Origin: Azolla caroliniana
Taxonomy: Eukaryota > Plantae > Polypodiophyta
DNA: 64,000 nucleotides
Reading direction: 5' to 3'
NCBI GenBank assembly: GCA_043228905.1
Contig: JBHGNT010000022.1
Coordinates: 8,494,001 to 8,558,000, forward strand
This document shows positions 35,595 through 49,522 of this stretch, one piece after another (the first letter of the stretch is position 1; every line of letters begins with the position of its first letter). The notes beneath the pieces were generated by a model. The model saw only the letters and a list, made by a program, of their open reading frames with translations, ran no database searches and was not told the DNA's origin. Both the position numbers and the translations under genes were made by a program.

Positions 35595-37778
35595 ATCGGC
35601 ACATCGGAAATTTCCCACAAACTGTCGTCAAGAATGTCTTGCATGTGCCCACAATAACAAAGAATATGGTCTCGGTCGGCCAAACCCTGGAGCAAGGCAG
35701 GGAAGTTCGTTTCAACAATGAAGGATGCTTCATCAAGAAAGATGGCGGACTCATAGCTAAAGGACTGAGAGATGGTTGAATGTTCATTGTCGATTCGAAC
35801 GAGGTGAAATCGGCCATGTATGCCAAAGGTCTAAAAACTGAGACGAACATCGAGTTGTGGCACATCGGCCACATAAACCTCCAACAGCTTCGAGCAATAC
35901 AATCCACGGGAGTCGTCGTCGTACTTCTGGAATTCAAGTCGAAATGAGTTGACCGACTATTCGAAGAGTGTCAACTCGGCAAACAACATTGAATCCCATT
36001 CCCGAAGGAGAGCTACACAAGCAAAGCCCTCCTCGATGTCATACATTCGGATGTATGGGGACCAACCCAAACACCGACGATCCATGAATGCCGATACTAC
36101 GTCACCTTTGTCGACGACTACTCCCACTACACGTGGATCTTCCCGATGAAGAACAAGAGTGAATTGCTCTCCCACTTCCAAAAGCTCAAGGGCCAAGTCG
36201 AAAAAGAAACCGATCAGCACATTCGATGCCTATGATTGGATGGTGGCAAGGAGTACTTCTCTGACGAATTTGTGTCCTACCTCCAAGGTGAAGGCATCCG
36301 GAGAGAATTCTCATGCAGAAACACACCCGAACAAAATGGAGTCGCCGAAAGGAAGAATCGGCACATACTCGAGGTACCACGCGCCATGTTGCATGAGAAG
36401 CACATGTTGAATTTCTATTGGGCTGAAGCAACATCCACGGCTGTCTATCTCATGAATCTATGCACCACAAATGGAGTACATGAGCTAGCTCCATACGAGC
36501 TCCTTGTCGGAACAAAGTCAATCTTGTCGCACCTCAATGTGTATGGAGGCATTGCGAATGTACGCATCCCGAATGAAAACCGATAGAAGCCCGACGCGAA
36601 GTCGGAGAAATGTATCTTGGTAGGATACTCGTCTGAGAAGAAGGCATACAAGTGCTATAACCCTTTGACTGGAGCAGTTCGGGTGAGTCGAGACATAATT
36701 TTCGACGAAACGGCATCATTGTATAAGCCCAATTCGGCTCTACCCGACCCGACCGAGGAAGAGTTGAACGTTAGCTCGGAGTTGAAAGTCCTCTACTATA
36801 GGACAATCCATGCCCACCCGAGCCTTCAAGCATTCCAAGCATGTCGCGGCCAAGTATGACGTTGGACAAAGGCAAAGGTAAGATGCCCAAATACTAAGTG
36901 GATCGCTCCGACGACAGTGATTTGGATGTGTCGGCTCGCTCACTAGAAAGTGAGTTTGATGTAACCATCATGTGGACACTCGGAGTAAAGAAGACGCTCA
37001 CATCGGCGAGCAAAAAATTTCGATGCTCATCTCGACAGAAGAACCCGACCACTCGGTTTGGCTACAACGAGTATATTGCCCATCATTATTCCTTTGCGAT
37101 AAAGGTAGTAGCCGAACAAGAGCCCGAGATCTCTACTAAAGTGGCTCATTGGGTGGAAGCAGTCGGCCTTCGTCTACTTGACACTACAACCCTTCGTCAC
37201 CGGCTTGAGGGGGAGGAACCGAAACCGCCTCGGAAAGGCCGAAGAAAGCCGAACAGAAACCAACATCGAAAGCCTAACAACGCCGAAAGCAAAACCGGAT
37301 GTCGGATACCTCACACTTGAGCTTGAGGGAGTGTGTTGAGATATCAAGCTCAAATTATTTTAGTCATTTAGTCAACACATGTAACTTAGTAGTTACCTAG
37401 ATAGAATCTAGTTAGTATGTTGACCTTAAAACCTTAAATAGGATTTTGTACTTGAGTAGGATGCATTGTAGATCCTCCACTCGCATGTTCATTTCATATA
37501 GAACTTACATGTTTGTACCTATATTCTACTTACACATGTGCACCTTTGCACATGAGATGTATATATACCTCATTGTGGGTATTTTTGTATTTTACTAATG
37601 CTTTTTAATATACACTCTCCTTAATCATCCCCCATTTCTATTATTGGTCATAAGTGTAACTTCCTCTCTCTCTTCCTCTCACACACATAAACACACAAAT
37701 CACATAATCTTCCATGGGTTAAACTAATCACATAATTAGTCGCTATTTAACCCTTGCTTAATTACCTAATTATTAATA
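35595..37778 (+). mobile_element. Copia deletion derivative (integrase present, RT missing) with 3' LTR 37334-37778
   Basis: IHSDVWGP, DGGKEY, PEQNGVAERKNR and KAYKCYNP motifs. Jumps from WVEA to the PPT region. Confidence 0.8.
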
Positions 37779-38976
37779 TGTAGTTCTAGACCTTCCACAA
37801 GCAAGGGGAGTCAAAGGGCATCGGAAACCGGCAATCAGAAACCGAAATGGAATCTTGGTATTGTGGCAGGAGGGGCCACCGAGAGAGTGAGTGCTGGAAG
37901 AAGCGCAGATCTGGATAAATCCGGATCCAGCAAGGCTGTCTATCTCATGAATCTATGCACCATTAATGGAGTACATGAGCTAGCTCCATACGAGATTCCT
38001 TGTCGCACCTCAACGTGTATGGACACATTGCGAATGTACACATCCTGAATGAAAACCGACAGACACCCGACGTGAGGTCGAAGAAATGTATCTTGGTAGG
38101 ACACTTGTCTGAGAAAAAGGCATACAAGTCCTATAACCCTTTGATTGGAGGGCTTCGGGTGAGTCGAGATGTAATCTTCAAAGAATCGGCATTATTGTAT
38201 AAGCCCAATTCGGCTCCACCCGACCTGACCGAGGAAGAGTTGAATGTCAACTTGGAGTTGAAAGTCCTCTACCATAGGACAATCCAAGCCCACCCGAGCC
38301 TTCAAGCATTGCAAGCATGTCGCGGCCAAGTACGACCTTGGAGAAAGGCAAAGGTAAGATGCCCCAATACAAACTCAATAGCTCCGATGACAGTGATTCG
38401 GATGTGTCGGCTCGTTCACTAGATAGTGAGTTTGGTATACCCATCATGCAGACACCCGGAGTAAAGAAGGTGGTCACATCAGCGAGCGAAAAACCGAGAC
38501 GCTCATCTCGAGAGAAGAACCCAGTCACTCGACTCGGCTACAACGAGTATATTGCCCATCATTATTCCTTTGCAATGAAGGTAGCAGTCGAACAAGAGCC
38601 CAAGAGCTCTACAGAAGTGGATAATGACCCACGATGGGTGGAAGCAGTCAGCATTCGTCCACTTCACACTACAAGCCTTCGTCACCGGCTTGAGGGGGAG
38701 GAACTGAAACTGCCTCGGAAAGGCTGAGAACCAAAACTACCGAAACCGGATCGGAAAGCCTGACGAAAGCGGAACAAAAGCCGACATCAAAAGCCTCACA
38801 ACTCCGAAAGAAAAATCGGATATCAAACATCTCACACTTGAGATTGAGGGGGCGTGTTGAGATTTCAAGCTCAACTTAGTTTAGTCGTTTAGTCAACACA
38901 CGTAAACTTAGTAGTTGCCTATATAGAATCTAGTTAGTGTGTTGAACTTAAAGCCTTAAATAGGATTTTGTACTTG
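37779..38976 (+). mobile_element. Second copy of the same RT-less Copia segment with a truncated LTR (from 38856)
   Basis: 37932-38976 is collinear with 36440-37457, including the same internal deletion. Confidence 0.78.
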
Positions 38977-41925
38977 AGGGGCCACTGTGAGAGCAAGTGT
39001 TGGAAGAAGCGTGCCGATTTAGATAAATCCGGATCTAGCAAGGCCGGACAAGGAAAACGGCAAAGCTCACACTACACCGAAGGATCAGAAGGATACGCAA
39101 CAAGAAAGACAGACAAAGGCTAGGCCAACCTTCGTGATGAAACACAAGGCGAACTCGATGAACACCACATCTGGATCAGAGGATGTGTGGTATGTTCACT
39201 CCGGACCATCAGACCACATGATGAGCCAAGAAGAGTGGTTCTCATTTCTAGAAAAGCCGGAGGAACTGGGAGGTCTCGAAACCGGAGACGACACTCCTCA
39301 CCCGATAGTGCATGTCGGGGAAGTCCCCTTGAGTAATGTCGGACAACAAGGGAAGCTTATGAACTTGCTTTACATCTCGACAATCACAAAGAACCTGGTG
39401 TCGGTCTGTCTTATTGTCGACCAAGGGATGCAGGTGTAGTTTACGCACCTCGGGTGCTTCATTGAAAAAGAGTGCCAAATCATTGCGCAAGGGCGCCGGG
39501 ACTGGAGAATGTTTATCCTCGACACCAACGACGTTGGCACCACTATGTTTGCAAAAGGGTAGACGGTCGAATCGGATATCGACCTCTTGCACAAGTGGAT
39601 CGGCCACGTCAACATTAGAGGCTTCAAAACCTACAATCAAAACAGGTGGATTGCCGAAATTCAATGGCTAGATGGCCCAAATATGTGAAGCGTGCCAACT
39701 TGGGAAGAAACACCAACTTCCATTCCCCACCGAAAGAAACCCCGAGCCATAACTAGCTCAACTTGATACATTCAGATGTATGGGGACCGGCACCGAATGT
39801 TAGTCTTGGCCGGAGCCGATATTTTGTCTCCTTCATCGATGACTACAACCGGCACACATGGATCTATTTCAGAGAGAAGAAAAGTGAGCTCTTCGACTGT
39901 TTCCGGAAACCGCAAAGTCTTGTCGAATGGGAAACGGAGAGGAAGATCAAGTGCCTACGGTCGGATGGCAGAAATGAATACTTTTCCGGCCAATTCAGAG
40001 AGAGTTTAGTTATAGATACACACCGGAACAAAACGGTGTGGCCGAAAGGAAGAATGGTCGATTGTCGATTGTCGATTGTCGATTGTCGATTGTGGAGGCA
40101 GCATGGGCAATGCGAGAGGAGAAGAGCATGCCCAAGTTCTACTGGGCCGAAACGGTCTGGATGGCCGTCTACATCCAAAACCGGATTGGGGATAAGGTGT
40201 CAGCACACGAGACTTTGTATTTCGGACGGAAGCCAAATTTAAGGCACCTTAGAATATTCGGTAGCATTGCCTATGTGCATGTGCAGAATGAGAAGAGGAG
40301 GAAGGTTGACCCGAAGTCGGAGAAGTGCATTTTGGTCAGCTACTCTCATGAGCAGAAGGGGTACAAGTGCTACAACCCCCGGATTAAGCAAGTACAGGTA
40401 AGCCGAGATGTCGAATTTAACGAGTCAGCATCATGGTACTCTCTACCTACTCCGATCCCCGACTCAGATCCGATTCCGAAGGATGAGGCCAATGAGCCCG
40501 AAACGAAGAAGAAGAAGACTTTGATACTCTAAATGAGAGTCTGATTTCATTTCGGCTGAGCGGTCGAATGAACGACTGAGTCGGAACAACCAGTCTGATG
40601 AAGAGCCGACAAGCAACAAAGACTGAATCGTGCTTTCTCCGCGCAAGGAACCTAGGAGACAGTTCACACGCAAAGAGAATGGAAAGAAGAAGATGTTGGA
40701 GTATGGCACCGGGAAAGAAGAGTCGGTTCGGAGCAAATCTGACTCCGTACTGAATGAAGACGGACTTTCAAAAAGGAAGTCTGAGTGAATCAAGCGGGCC
40801 TTGCAATCGGCGAATGAGAAGTTGCGATGATCGACCGGGCAGAAGAACCCCGTAAAAAGGTACAGATATAATAAGTACATAGCGCATCATTATGCGTACA
40901 TGACGAAAGTGGTGGAGGTGTGTGAGCCGGAGAGCTACGCAGAAGTGGCAAAAGATGTAGAATGGTGTGCCGCTATGGAGGAAGAGATGCGAGCACTTGA
41001 TGCCAACGACACATGGGACCTGATTGTTCCTCCCCGACTTTACAAACTGATCGGTTGCAAGTGGGTGTACAAGGTAAAGTATAATGTTAATGGTTCGGTG
41101 AACCGGTACAAGCCGCGGTTAGTGGCCAAATGATATGCCCAGACCCAAGGAATCAACTACGACGACACCTTCACTCCGGTAGCGAAGATGACGATGATTC
41201 GTGTGGTGTTGCAGTTGTTGTGGTTGGGAGTTTTTATCTTCACCAAATGGATGTGAAGAATGCATTTCTTTAAGGAGACCTTGAAGAAAAGGTCCATATG
41301 ATCCAGCCCCCCAGTTTTCAGTCGGAGATGAACAAGTCGGCAATGTGCTGACTCAAAAAACCCCTTTATTTCCCGAAGTTATCCCCCCGTGCTTGGAATT
41401 CGAAAATCACGCACCAATTGCGTAAGATGGGGTTTGCGGCCTTGAAGTCAGACTCTTCTCTTTGCATCCGGAAAGCTCCAATCGGTCCAGTATGTATCCC
41501 GCTCTATGTGGATGATATAGTCATCACCGAACCCGAACTCGCTGAAATCAGCCAAGTGAAGTCCTAGTTGTCGAATGCATTCGAAATGAAGGACCTAGGG
41601 GACCTTCATTACTTCCTCGGGATCGATGTGATCCACTCCCCTGATGAGGTATTGTTGTCCCAGAGACATTATGTGTTGAATATGTTGTACAAGTTCGGCA
41701 TGAAGGATTGCCGACCAGTCTCCACATCCCTCGACCGGAACCTGAAGCTTCATGTCGACTCCGGACCAGCCTACCACGAGAAACAGTTCTGACAAATTTT
41801 CTGAAGCCTTATTTATTGAACGATCATCCGACCTGGCATTAGCTATCCAGTCAGCGCGATCAGTCAATTTATGCAGAAGCTGACCGTGGAGCACCTTCAG
41901 TGCGTGCACCGAATACTAAGGTATG
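38977..41925 (+). pseudogene. Copia gag-knuckle/PR/IN/RT fragment (same family as 29380-35594)
   Basis: WYVHSGPSDHM, IHSDVWGP, KGYKCYNP, GCKWVYKVK and FEMKDLGDLHYFLG motifs. Confidence 0.88.
40057..40091. repeat. (GTCGATT)5 slippage expansion inside the integrase
   Basis: Five exact 7-bp copies. Confidence 0.95.
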
Positions 41926-42767
41926 TGTGAAGTCAATTTTTTCTCGTAAGAAAAGACCGTGGAAAATACATCGAATGCTAAGGTGTATAAGAATAAAGCA
42001 CAATATGAAAGGCTCAAGAGTTAAAAGAAGAATGAAATTGAAGGGATATAAAGTTAGAGGCGTTTTTCAAAAGTAGAAAAAGTAGGAAAAAAGGAAAAAA
42101 AGGAAAACGTAGGAAAAATTTCATAACTTCTTCATCTCATATCCAAATTTAAAAAGAAAACATTTGTAAGAAAGCTGACAAAGAGAGCTTTCTTGTATGA
42201 AAAATTTGGATGACAAACCAAAAATAATGATGCGAAAAATACATCACACCAACTCGAGGATATGTAGAAAGAAAAGAAAAGAAAAGAAGCAAGAATAACG
42301 CACCTAAAAACCTATAAATATGAGGGTATTCTTAGCAATTGAGAGAGACAAAGGGAGGAATAGAATATCTACAAGAATAAGTGAGGAAGATCGGTATCCA
42401 GAACGAAGAACCGGATATGTGTATCTAGAACCTAGTGTCAGACCAAAGAACCGAATCGTACTCCGGAATAGTGAGAACTGGTAGGCCGTTGGAGCCTACG
42501 GTCCGAGCTTAGTACATAGGCATATTCCTTGGAGTTTGTGTAAGTCGCTTGTATGAGCATTGAAGTACTTGTCAGTACTTTTGTGAGTCCTTTTAAGCAC
42601 TTGTATAAAAAGAGTTCTGGAGGACATTTGTATGTACAAAGTGTTATTATTTTGAATTGAATTTATTCTATTTTGCTCTGTCCTGTGTACTGTGTATTCT
42701 TAAGCTTCTATTAAACCTTCATTTATGTTCTATTGTTGTTATCCGACTGAGCATATTAACTTTCACA
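41926..42767 (+). mobile_element. LTR-like segment
   Basis: TGTGAAG...TTTCACA termini and CCTATAAATA. The 3' part resembles the 35279-type LTR. No TSD seen. Confidence 0.5.
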
Positions 42768-43872
42768 TGGAGCTTATTGGCGGTTGTGCGGGGGCAATAT
42801 GACATTATGCCAGGCTCTTTGGAGGTTGTTCTTAAGAAAAGGAAATAGTTACTGCCATTATGGAGGAAGTTGCCTCTGTTGATAGTCTCCTCTCAAGGAC
42901 CGATATGGAAATATAATCACCCCTGCTCCTTGCCCTGACCATTTCTTTTGTATATAACACTCTCTGATGTACATTTCGTAGCCCTCCGACGCTTTTCTTA
43001 ATACTAATGAAGGAAATATTTTGGAAAGAAGAAGAAGAATGTCCACTCTTTGTGGATATCTGGTATGAATGGTTTACATCCCCACAAGCTAGTAATGTCT
43101 TTACCATGTGTTGACCCATGCATGCATCCATATCAACATTATGAAGGACCATATGGGTATATTAATGAGCATGATGAAGAGCATGCTTTGAGCTACTAAT
43201 GTCTTCCCTGGCAACATGCTTTGAGTAGAGTAATATAAGCCTTATCAAACAACCGAGAGTTATGAAGATTAGGTATTTTGGATATTTATTACTAGAATTG
43301 ATGACTAAACGCATATGGCTATTAAGAAAGTAATGTGATATTTGCAATGTCATTAACTTTTGTTTTGAAAAATGTTTTACCATATATTACAAAATGAATC
43401 CAAAACTATGGTATATAATATACTTCGAGGGTGTTTGCCATACTCAAATGCAAATGCACGTGTGGTTCACTCTATGATCCTCATTATATAGGCCAAGACC
43501 TGGCTTGCTAGTCGTTGGGTAGTCTATTGGGACTGGGTAGTCCGACCCATGGTAGCACCTTCTTCGAGATAGGGACTGGGCTCCCTGGGGAGGTCTAGTT
43601 TAGATTGGGATTGTGTCCTAGCTGGGACAGAACAGGAACACCACAACCCATAAGCTTACACCAAAATTCATTGCCTAAGAAAAGAGACTTTGAACAATAA
43701 CGACTTTTATGAGATCTGGACAAATTCAGGCGTTTGGGGAGGACCCATGAAAACCCAGAGATCTTGACAAATTCAGGCACTTGGGGAGGACCCATGAAAC
43801 CCCACGGACAATATAGTCATTAAAAGGAAGTTTCGATCGTCATTGAAAAATTAATAAACAACTGTTATCATA

Positions 43873-45519
43873 TTATAGTTGGGAAATATTGTTCACGAAA
43901 TGAATGTAAAGGAACCACAACACTAGCACTTGGGTGATGACGAATTGCCACCTCCAAACGAGGGGCTCCATTGCATTACTACATTTAGAAGGGGCAAATC
44001 CAATTCTATTGTTAACAAGGTCATATTCCACAAGGAAATCTTGTTGTTGATAGTTTCCAATATAATTAGTTGCGGAAGGTCCAGACCCAGAATCCATGAA
44101 GGCCATGCAATAGTAGCTATAACTCGTGTCCGAACCGACCAATGCAATGACATGAAGTGGCTCAAGCAGTAGATCGACAGGCCCCGCGAGATGAAGCGTC
44201 ACACGTGGCGGGCTAGGAGCTCGTCGGTTCCACACTGGCACCTGGTAGCACAGCTTCAGAGCTTCGTCCCCAACATTGATTCTCGCAAGCGAAGGATCCA
44301 TGGCCTCGTCGAAGGCTCGTGCTAGAGGTACATAAGCTGCATGAACAAAGCTTGTGATCGTGGTTCCGGAATCGATGATGGTGGACGTGCCCGGCGAATC
44401 GCAATCGATCTGGGTCGGAGATTCCGGATCCTCCATGTCAGCACAGCCGCCGAATGCCGAGGTGGGAATCGTGAGACGGCGGTCATTCACACTGATTCCA
44501 GTGAGGTTGAGGTAGTAGAATTGCGATAGGAATTCGGATTTCACGTTTCGGAGGAGCGGAGTGTATTGGAGGTTTCCGTCCCCAGGGTCAGGAGTGGAGC
44601 CAAGGCTTAAGAATCCGGCAGCAGTCGGGGCGGTACCACCGCCACCATCATCTTCACTGTCACGGCTATGGTCTCGCCATCGATTCGGGAAGCAATAAGA
44701 GAATGTCTTTATGTTAAGTTGGGTGATGAGGGAGAATCGGCCGCGGTCTAGGCCCAGGAGGCCCGAAGCTTTGAGCGTGGAGATGAGCCCGGTGTTAATG
44801 AGGCCACATCCGAAGACGATGTTGTCCGCGAGAATGCTAGTGTGGACATGAGCGGTGGGCATCGAGAATGTCTCGGCGGACAAGTAGCCCGTGCTATTGC
44901 TGCTATCTCCGTAACTCACCGCGTAGATGCATCTTTCACCGTGGCCGCCTGTGGCGGCGGCCACAATGGCGACCGCATCATCATGTATACTGCGGTTTCT
45001 CGAATCTGGATTCTGGGCCTCCTGTCCGGCAGGCTGGTCTCGAGAGGCATCAATTCGGATGCGGGAGGCTCTCTGGCTACTGCACGCGGTGGCCACGCTA
45101 GAATCTCCCCGGCATTCTTCTTCGTCGCACGCGAAGGGTACGTAGGTCTTCGAATCGGCCGGGTTGTAGATGGAGTAACCTTCGGCCTGGGTTCCGCAGC
45201 GTAGGCAGGGTTGGCACTGGAGCCAGAGCAGCTGGCTCCCGGTGTCGATGGCTAGGGCGATGCTCTGCGGGGGTGTCCCGATCTTCATGATGGCGAAATA
45301 CTCCCCGAAACCTGGGCCAAGCGCGGCCAGCGGAAACTGGAGGCGATCCGACCGGGCTCTTTGGATTTCTGCTCCTCCTCCTCCTCCTCCGACTGCATTT
45401 TTGTTGGCATCATCATATATCACCGGGAATCGGAGCCCTGCATTTCCATCTCCCGCAACGATTGTTAAGAAAACGGACACAAGGAAGAGGAAGCAGTTCA
45501 GATTACAAGAATTAACCAT
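43873..45519 (-). CDS. A1-family (nepenthesin/atypical) aspartic protease, intronless, with signal peptide and hydrophobic C-terminal tail
   Basis: Intact 548-aa ORF with GEYF..IGTP, catalytic IDTGS and IIDSGT, WLQCQPC, YGD, FGCG, GLLGL, FSYC and IGNYQQQ..YD....IGF. Confidence 0.95.
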   Translation of the reverse strand: MVNSCNLNCFLFLVSVFLTIVAGDGNAGLRFPVIYDDANKNAVGGGGGGAEIQRARSDRLQFPLAALGPGFGEYFAIMKIGTPPQSIALAIDTGSQLLWLQCQPCLRCGTQAEGYSIYNPADSKTYVPFACDEEECRGDSSVATACSSQRASRIRIDASRDQPAGQEAQNPDSRNRSIHDDAVAIVAAATGGHGERCIYAVSYGDSSNSTGYLSAETFSMPTAHVHTSILADNIVFGCGLINTGLISTLKASGLLGLDRGRFSLITQLNIKTFSYCFPNRWRDHSRDSEDDGGGGTAPTAAGFLSLGSTPDPGDGNLQYTPLLRNVKSEFLSQFYYLNLTGISVNDRRLTIPTSAFGGCADMEDPESPTQIDCDSPGTSTIIDSGTTITSFVHAAYVPLARAFDEAMDPSLARINVGDEALKLCYQVPVWNRRAPSPPRVTLHLAGPVDLLLEPLHVIALVGSDTSYSYYCMAFMDSGSGPSATNYIGNYQQQDFLVEYDLVNNRIGFAPSKCSNAMEPLVWRWQFVITQVLVLWFLYIHFVNNISQL

Positions 45520-45689
45520 TTACGAAAAGGCTGAACGAACCCAAACAAAATGAGCCCACGTTTGTCCTCTCGTTTTTCAGAGAACGTGTGAGAGTTTTGG
45601 GGTAACCTTTTTCCCAAGGAAAGGAATGATCGCTTACGTAGATTCTCGTTGGAATCTTGGAAGGGTGGCATGGAAATAAATAAATGAAA

Positions 45690-45723
<34 letters not shown>

Positions 45724-46243
45724 CGAATTTGTATTTTAAAAATTCTTGGTAATGGGGTTTGAGTTAATCGGCCTCTTGTAATCAATGGATTGCTCTCTTT
45801 TGTGTTGGGCTAAACCACCCATTGAGAATCTTGCGGAGAATCTTGATATGGCATCCCCGACCTTTCTAAGATCTCGAATTGATTTAAGTGGCTTGTCATA
45901 TTTGGGAAAGAATTGAAATTAGTTTGGTTCGAATAGGATCTTGGTGTGTGTGTGTGTGTGTGTGCTCGCACACACAAGCAAAGGAAATGTATTTTGCTTG
46001 TGTGGAGGGCAAAAAAATTAAGTGAAACTCTCCGTCCTTCATAAGCATTTGTATATCCGTAACGATTCTCTCTCGAGCCCCACATGGAAGTATCATTCTC
46101 CCGACGCAATCAATAACAAATATGCTTCTTTCCTTGGGAAGAGTTTAGAGTTTTGATTTCCTAAAAAAGGATCACAACTTCATTACATGCATTTGTCCTC
46201 CGATGTTGAAAATCTGGATTCCTATGACTCAGCATTTTCCAAT

Positions 46244-49200
46244 TGTAAAAGAATACGTGTGTGGAAGCTTTGACAAAACCGGTTACACTGGATAGGAACA
46301 AAGAATAAACACTGGTTTAATGGAAGCTTAGAATACGCAGTACACGGGAGACATAGAGAGAACAGAATAGCATAAACTCAATTCAAAATAATAACACTCT
46401 ATACATACGATGTGTTCAGTGATCACTTTTATACAAGTCCATGAAAGGACTGACATAAGTACTAACAGGTACTTCAATGCTCATACGAGCAATTGACACT
46501 GACTCCCAAACATATGCCTACGTACTAGGCTAGATTCGTACGTTTCTAACGGCCTACTGGTTACAATCCGATCCGTCTCTCTTATCCAGCTTTTGGTGTA
46601 GGATATCGATCCGAACACCGATCCGGTTCTTCGTTCTAGACTCTGATCTGGCTCTAGCTTATTCAGCCGATTCGGATCCGGTTGAGTTTGTCCACTCAAC
46701 ACTCCCCCTCAAGCTGAACTTGAGGTCGGATCATAGTGTGAGTGTCTGTGGTGGCCGGTCCTCTCATGTGGCTCTCCTTGGTGGATTCCCGCCTTGGTTG
46801 TGCTCCTCGACCCGTCTGCTTTCAATTTCCACGACCCATCCTGTCTCGCGCACCTCGACCTTCTTGGTCTACTTGTATGCTCATAAGGCCCAATCTCAGC
46901 TCCTTTTCTGTTGACTCTCTAACGCATCCTGACCTGTTGGTTACTCCGTGTCGGTGTTGACTCTGTTGCCTTCTTGTCCGTTTGAGCTTTAATTGATTCA
47001 GCTTCTCCGAATCGGGTGTATCTGATTCGTTCTAGATCTTGCCCGAATTGGTTGTCTCCGATTTGTCATCAGTCTTCAAGCCCTTTACCACATCAGACGA
47101 CGTCCGGTTCTTGGCCTTCCCGCCGGCTTTGCCCATCTTGAGTTTGCCACCATCACCGCTTGTTCCGACCTTATCGAATGTCCCGACTTCTTCAGTCAAC
47201 TTGGCTTCCTTTTTCGTCTTCTTGTCTCCCCCTCTCTCCGGTTCTTTGTTCAATGCCATCACCTGTTTTCCCAATTTCCGTTCCGGTTCTCCCTCTCAAT
47301 TGCGGCATGTCGAGATGTTGAAGACGAAGCATCTCCGAAACATGCTGCAACTTTTCGGTCCTGAGGGCCTTGATAAAGATGTTGGTAACCTACCAATCCT
47401 TCGGGACATAGCGGAGTTCGACTTCACCATTGACCACCTGCTCGCGCCCAAAGTGATAATGCACTTTTATGTGCTTCGTCCGAGCATGGAACATAGGGTT
47501 CTTAGTTAGCAGCATGTTGCTCATGTTGTCGTAGTAGATTGGGATTGGAATCGAGACTTCGATATAGAGGTCTTGCAGTAACCGCCGAAACCAAATGGCT
47601 TCACAGGTGGCAACGGTAACGCCCCAATACTCAGCCTCAGTGCTCGAAAGGGCCACTGTCGACTGCTTCTTGCTGCTCCACACAACAACAGTGCTATCTA
47701 GAGAAACATAAATCCAGAAGTGGATCGTCAATCCGACACATCTCTGGTTTAGTCGGCATCCGTATATCCGGCTAGCTTTTTGGGTATACCATGTTGGTAT
47801 AACAGTTTCCGGTCCTTAGTGCCGCTAACATACCTCAGTATTCGATGCATGCACTAAAGCTGCTCCATAGTTAGCTTATGCATGAACTGACTTATTGTTC
47901 TAACCAGATAGCTAATGTTGGGTCGGGTGATCGTCAAATAAATAAGGCTTCCGACAATTTGTTGGAACCGTTTCTCATCACTGGCCGGTTCGGAGTCGGG
48001 ACGAAGCTTTAGGTTCCTATCCAAGGGTGTGGAGATTGGTCCGCAATCCATCATCCCGAACTTGTGCAACATATTCAACACATAATGTCACTAAGATAAC
48101 AAAATGTCATTGGGGGTGTGGATCACTTTGATCGCGAGGAAGTCATGAAGGTCTCCCAGGTCCTTCATTTCGAATGCGTCCGTCAACCAGAACTTCACTT
48201 GGTTGATTTCAGTGAGGCTGGGCCCAGTGATGACTAGATAATATAAATATCACAAAATAAATACCGGACCATCCGGATGAACAATGAAGAGTCCTCCTTG
48301 GAGGCCGCCAACCCTATCTTACGCAACCAATGAGTAATCTTTGAATTCCAAGCATGGGGGGCTTGCTTTAGGCCGTAAACCGACTTCTTAAGTCGGTATG
48401 CTGTCGACTTGTTCATCTCCGAATGAAATCCAGGGCACTAGATCATGTAGACCTGTTCTTCAAGATCACCTTGAAGAAACACATTCTTCACGTCCATTTG
48501 GTGAAGAGGCAACCCGCTTACCGCAAGAACCACTAGTACCACACGAACCGTCATCATCTTCGCTACCGAAGCGAAGGTCTCACCATAGTCAATTCCATAG
48601 GTCTGTGTGTATCCTTTGGCCACTAACCGGGCCTTGTACCGGTTGACTGAAGCGTCAATATTATACTTTACCTTGTACACCTACTTGCAACCGATTGATT
48701 TGCAATGTCCGGGAGGTTCGATCAGGTCCCATGTGTCGTTGGCATCAAGTGCTCGCATCTCTTCCTCCATAGCGGCAAGCCAATGTACGTCCTTTGCCGC
48801 TTTTGCATAGCTCTCCGGCTCACGCACTTCTGCCACTTTTGTCATGTACACATAGTGATGCGTCGTGTAAGTTCGTTATACCCATACTGTTTAACGAGGT
48901 TCTTCTGGTGGGTCGATTGACGCAGTTTCTACCGATTTCCTGGCCTTCTGGGCCGACTCAGACTTCTCTTCTGAAGGTCCGTCTTCGATCTGTCTAGAGT
49001 CGGATTTCCTTTGATCTGACTCTTCCCTGCCGGTGTCATATTCCGTCATTTTTGTCTTCCCCGTCTCTTTGCGCGTGAACTATCTCCTCGGTTCCTTGCA
49101 GGAAGAGCACAACCGAGTCTCCACTACTCGCCCACTCTTCATCTGACTGGTCATTCCGACTCATGCACTCATTCGGCCTACTTAGCCGGAATGAGATCGG

Positions 49201-49520
49201 ACTCTCATCTTGAGTACCGAATTCTTCTTCATCTTTTGCGCGGATCGTTTCGGGCTCACTAGCCTCATCCTCCCGAATCGAGTCGGAGTCGGACATTGGA
49301 GCCAGTAGAGAGCACCATGATACCAACTCATCAAATTCGACATCTTAGTTCACTCGAACTGGTTTTGTTTGGGGTTATAGCACTTTACCCCTTTTTCTCA
49401 TGTGAGTAGCCAACAAGGATGCACTTCTCCAACTTCAGGTCCAACTTTCTCATCCTCTCATCCGGCACATGTAGATATAAAATGCAACCAAATATTTTAA
49501 GGTGCCTTAAATTCGGTTTC
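46244..49520 (-). mobile_element. Reverse-oriented Copia 3' half (IN end, RT, RNase H, extension, LTR 46244-46701)
   Basis: [36 protein letters not shown] and HARTKHI motifs. PPT at 46702-46713. Confidence 0.88.
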
Positions 49521-49522
49521 CA

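Noticed and set aside
42770-43870. Short ORFs downstream of the protease as a second host gene
   Set aside because: No recognisable motifs or coherent exon structure.
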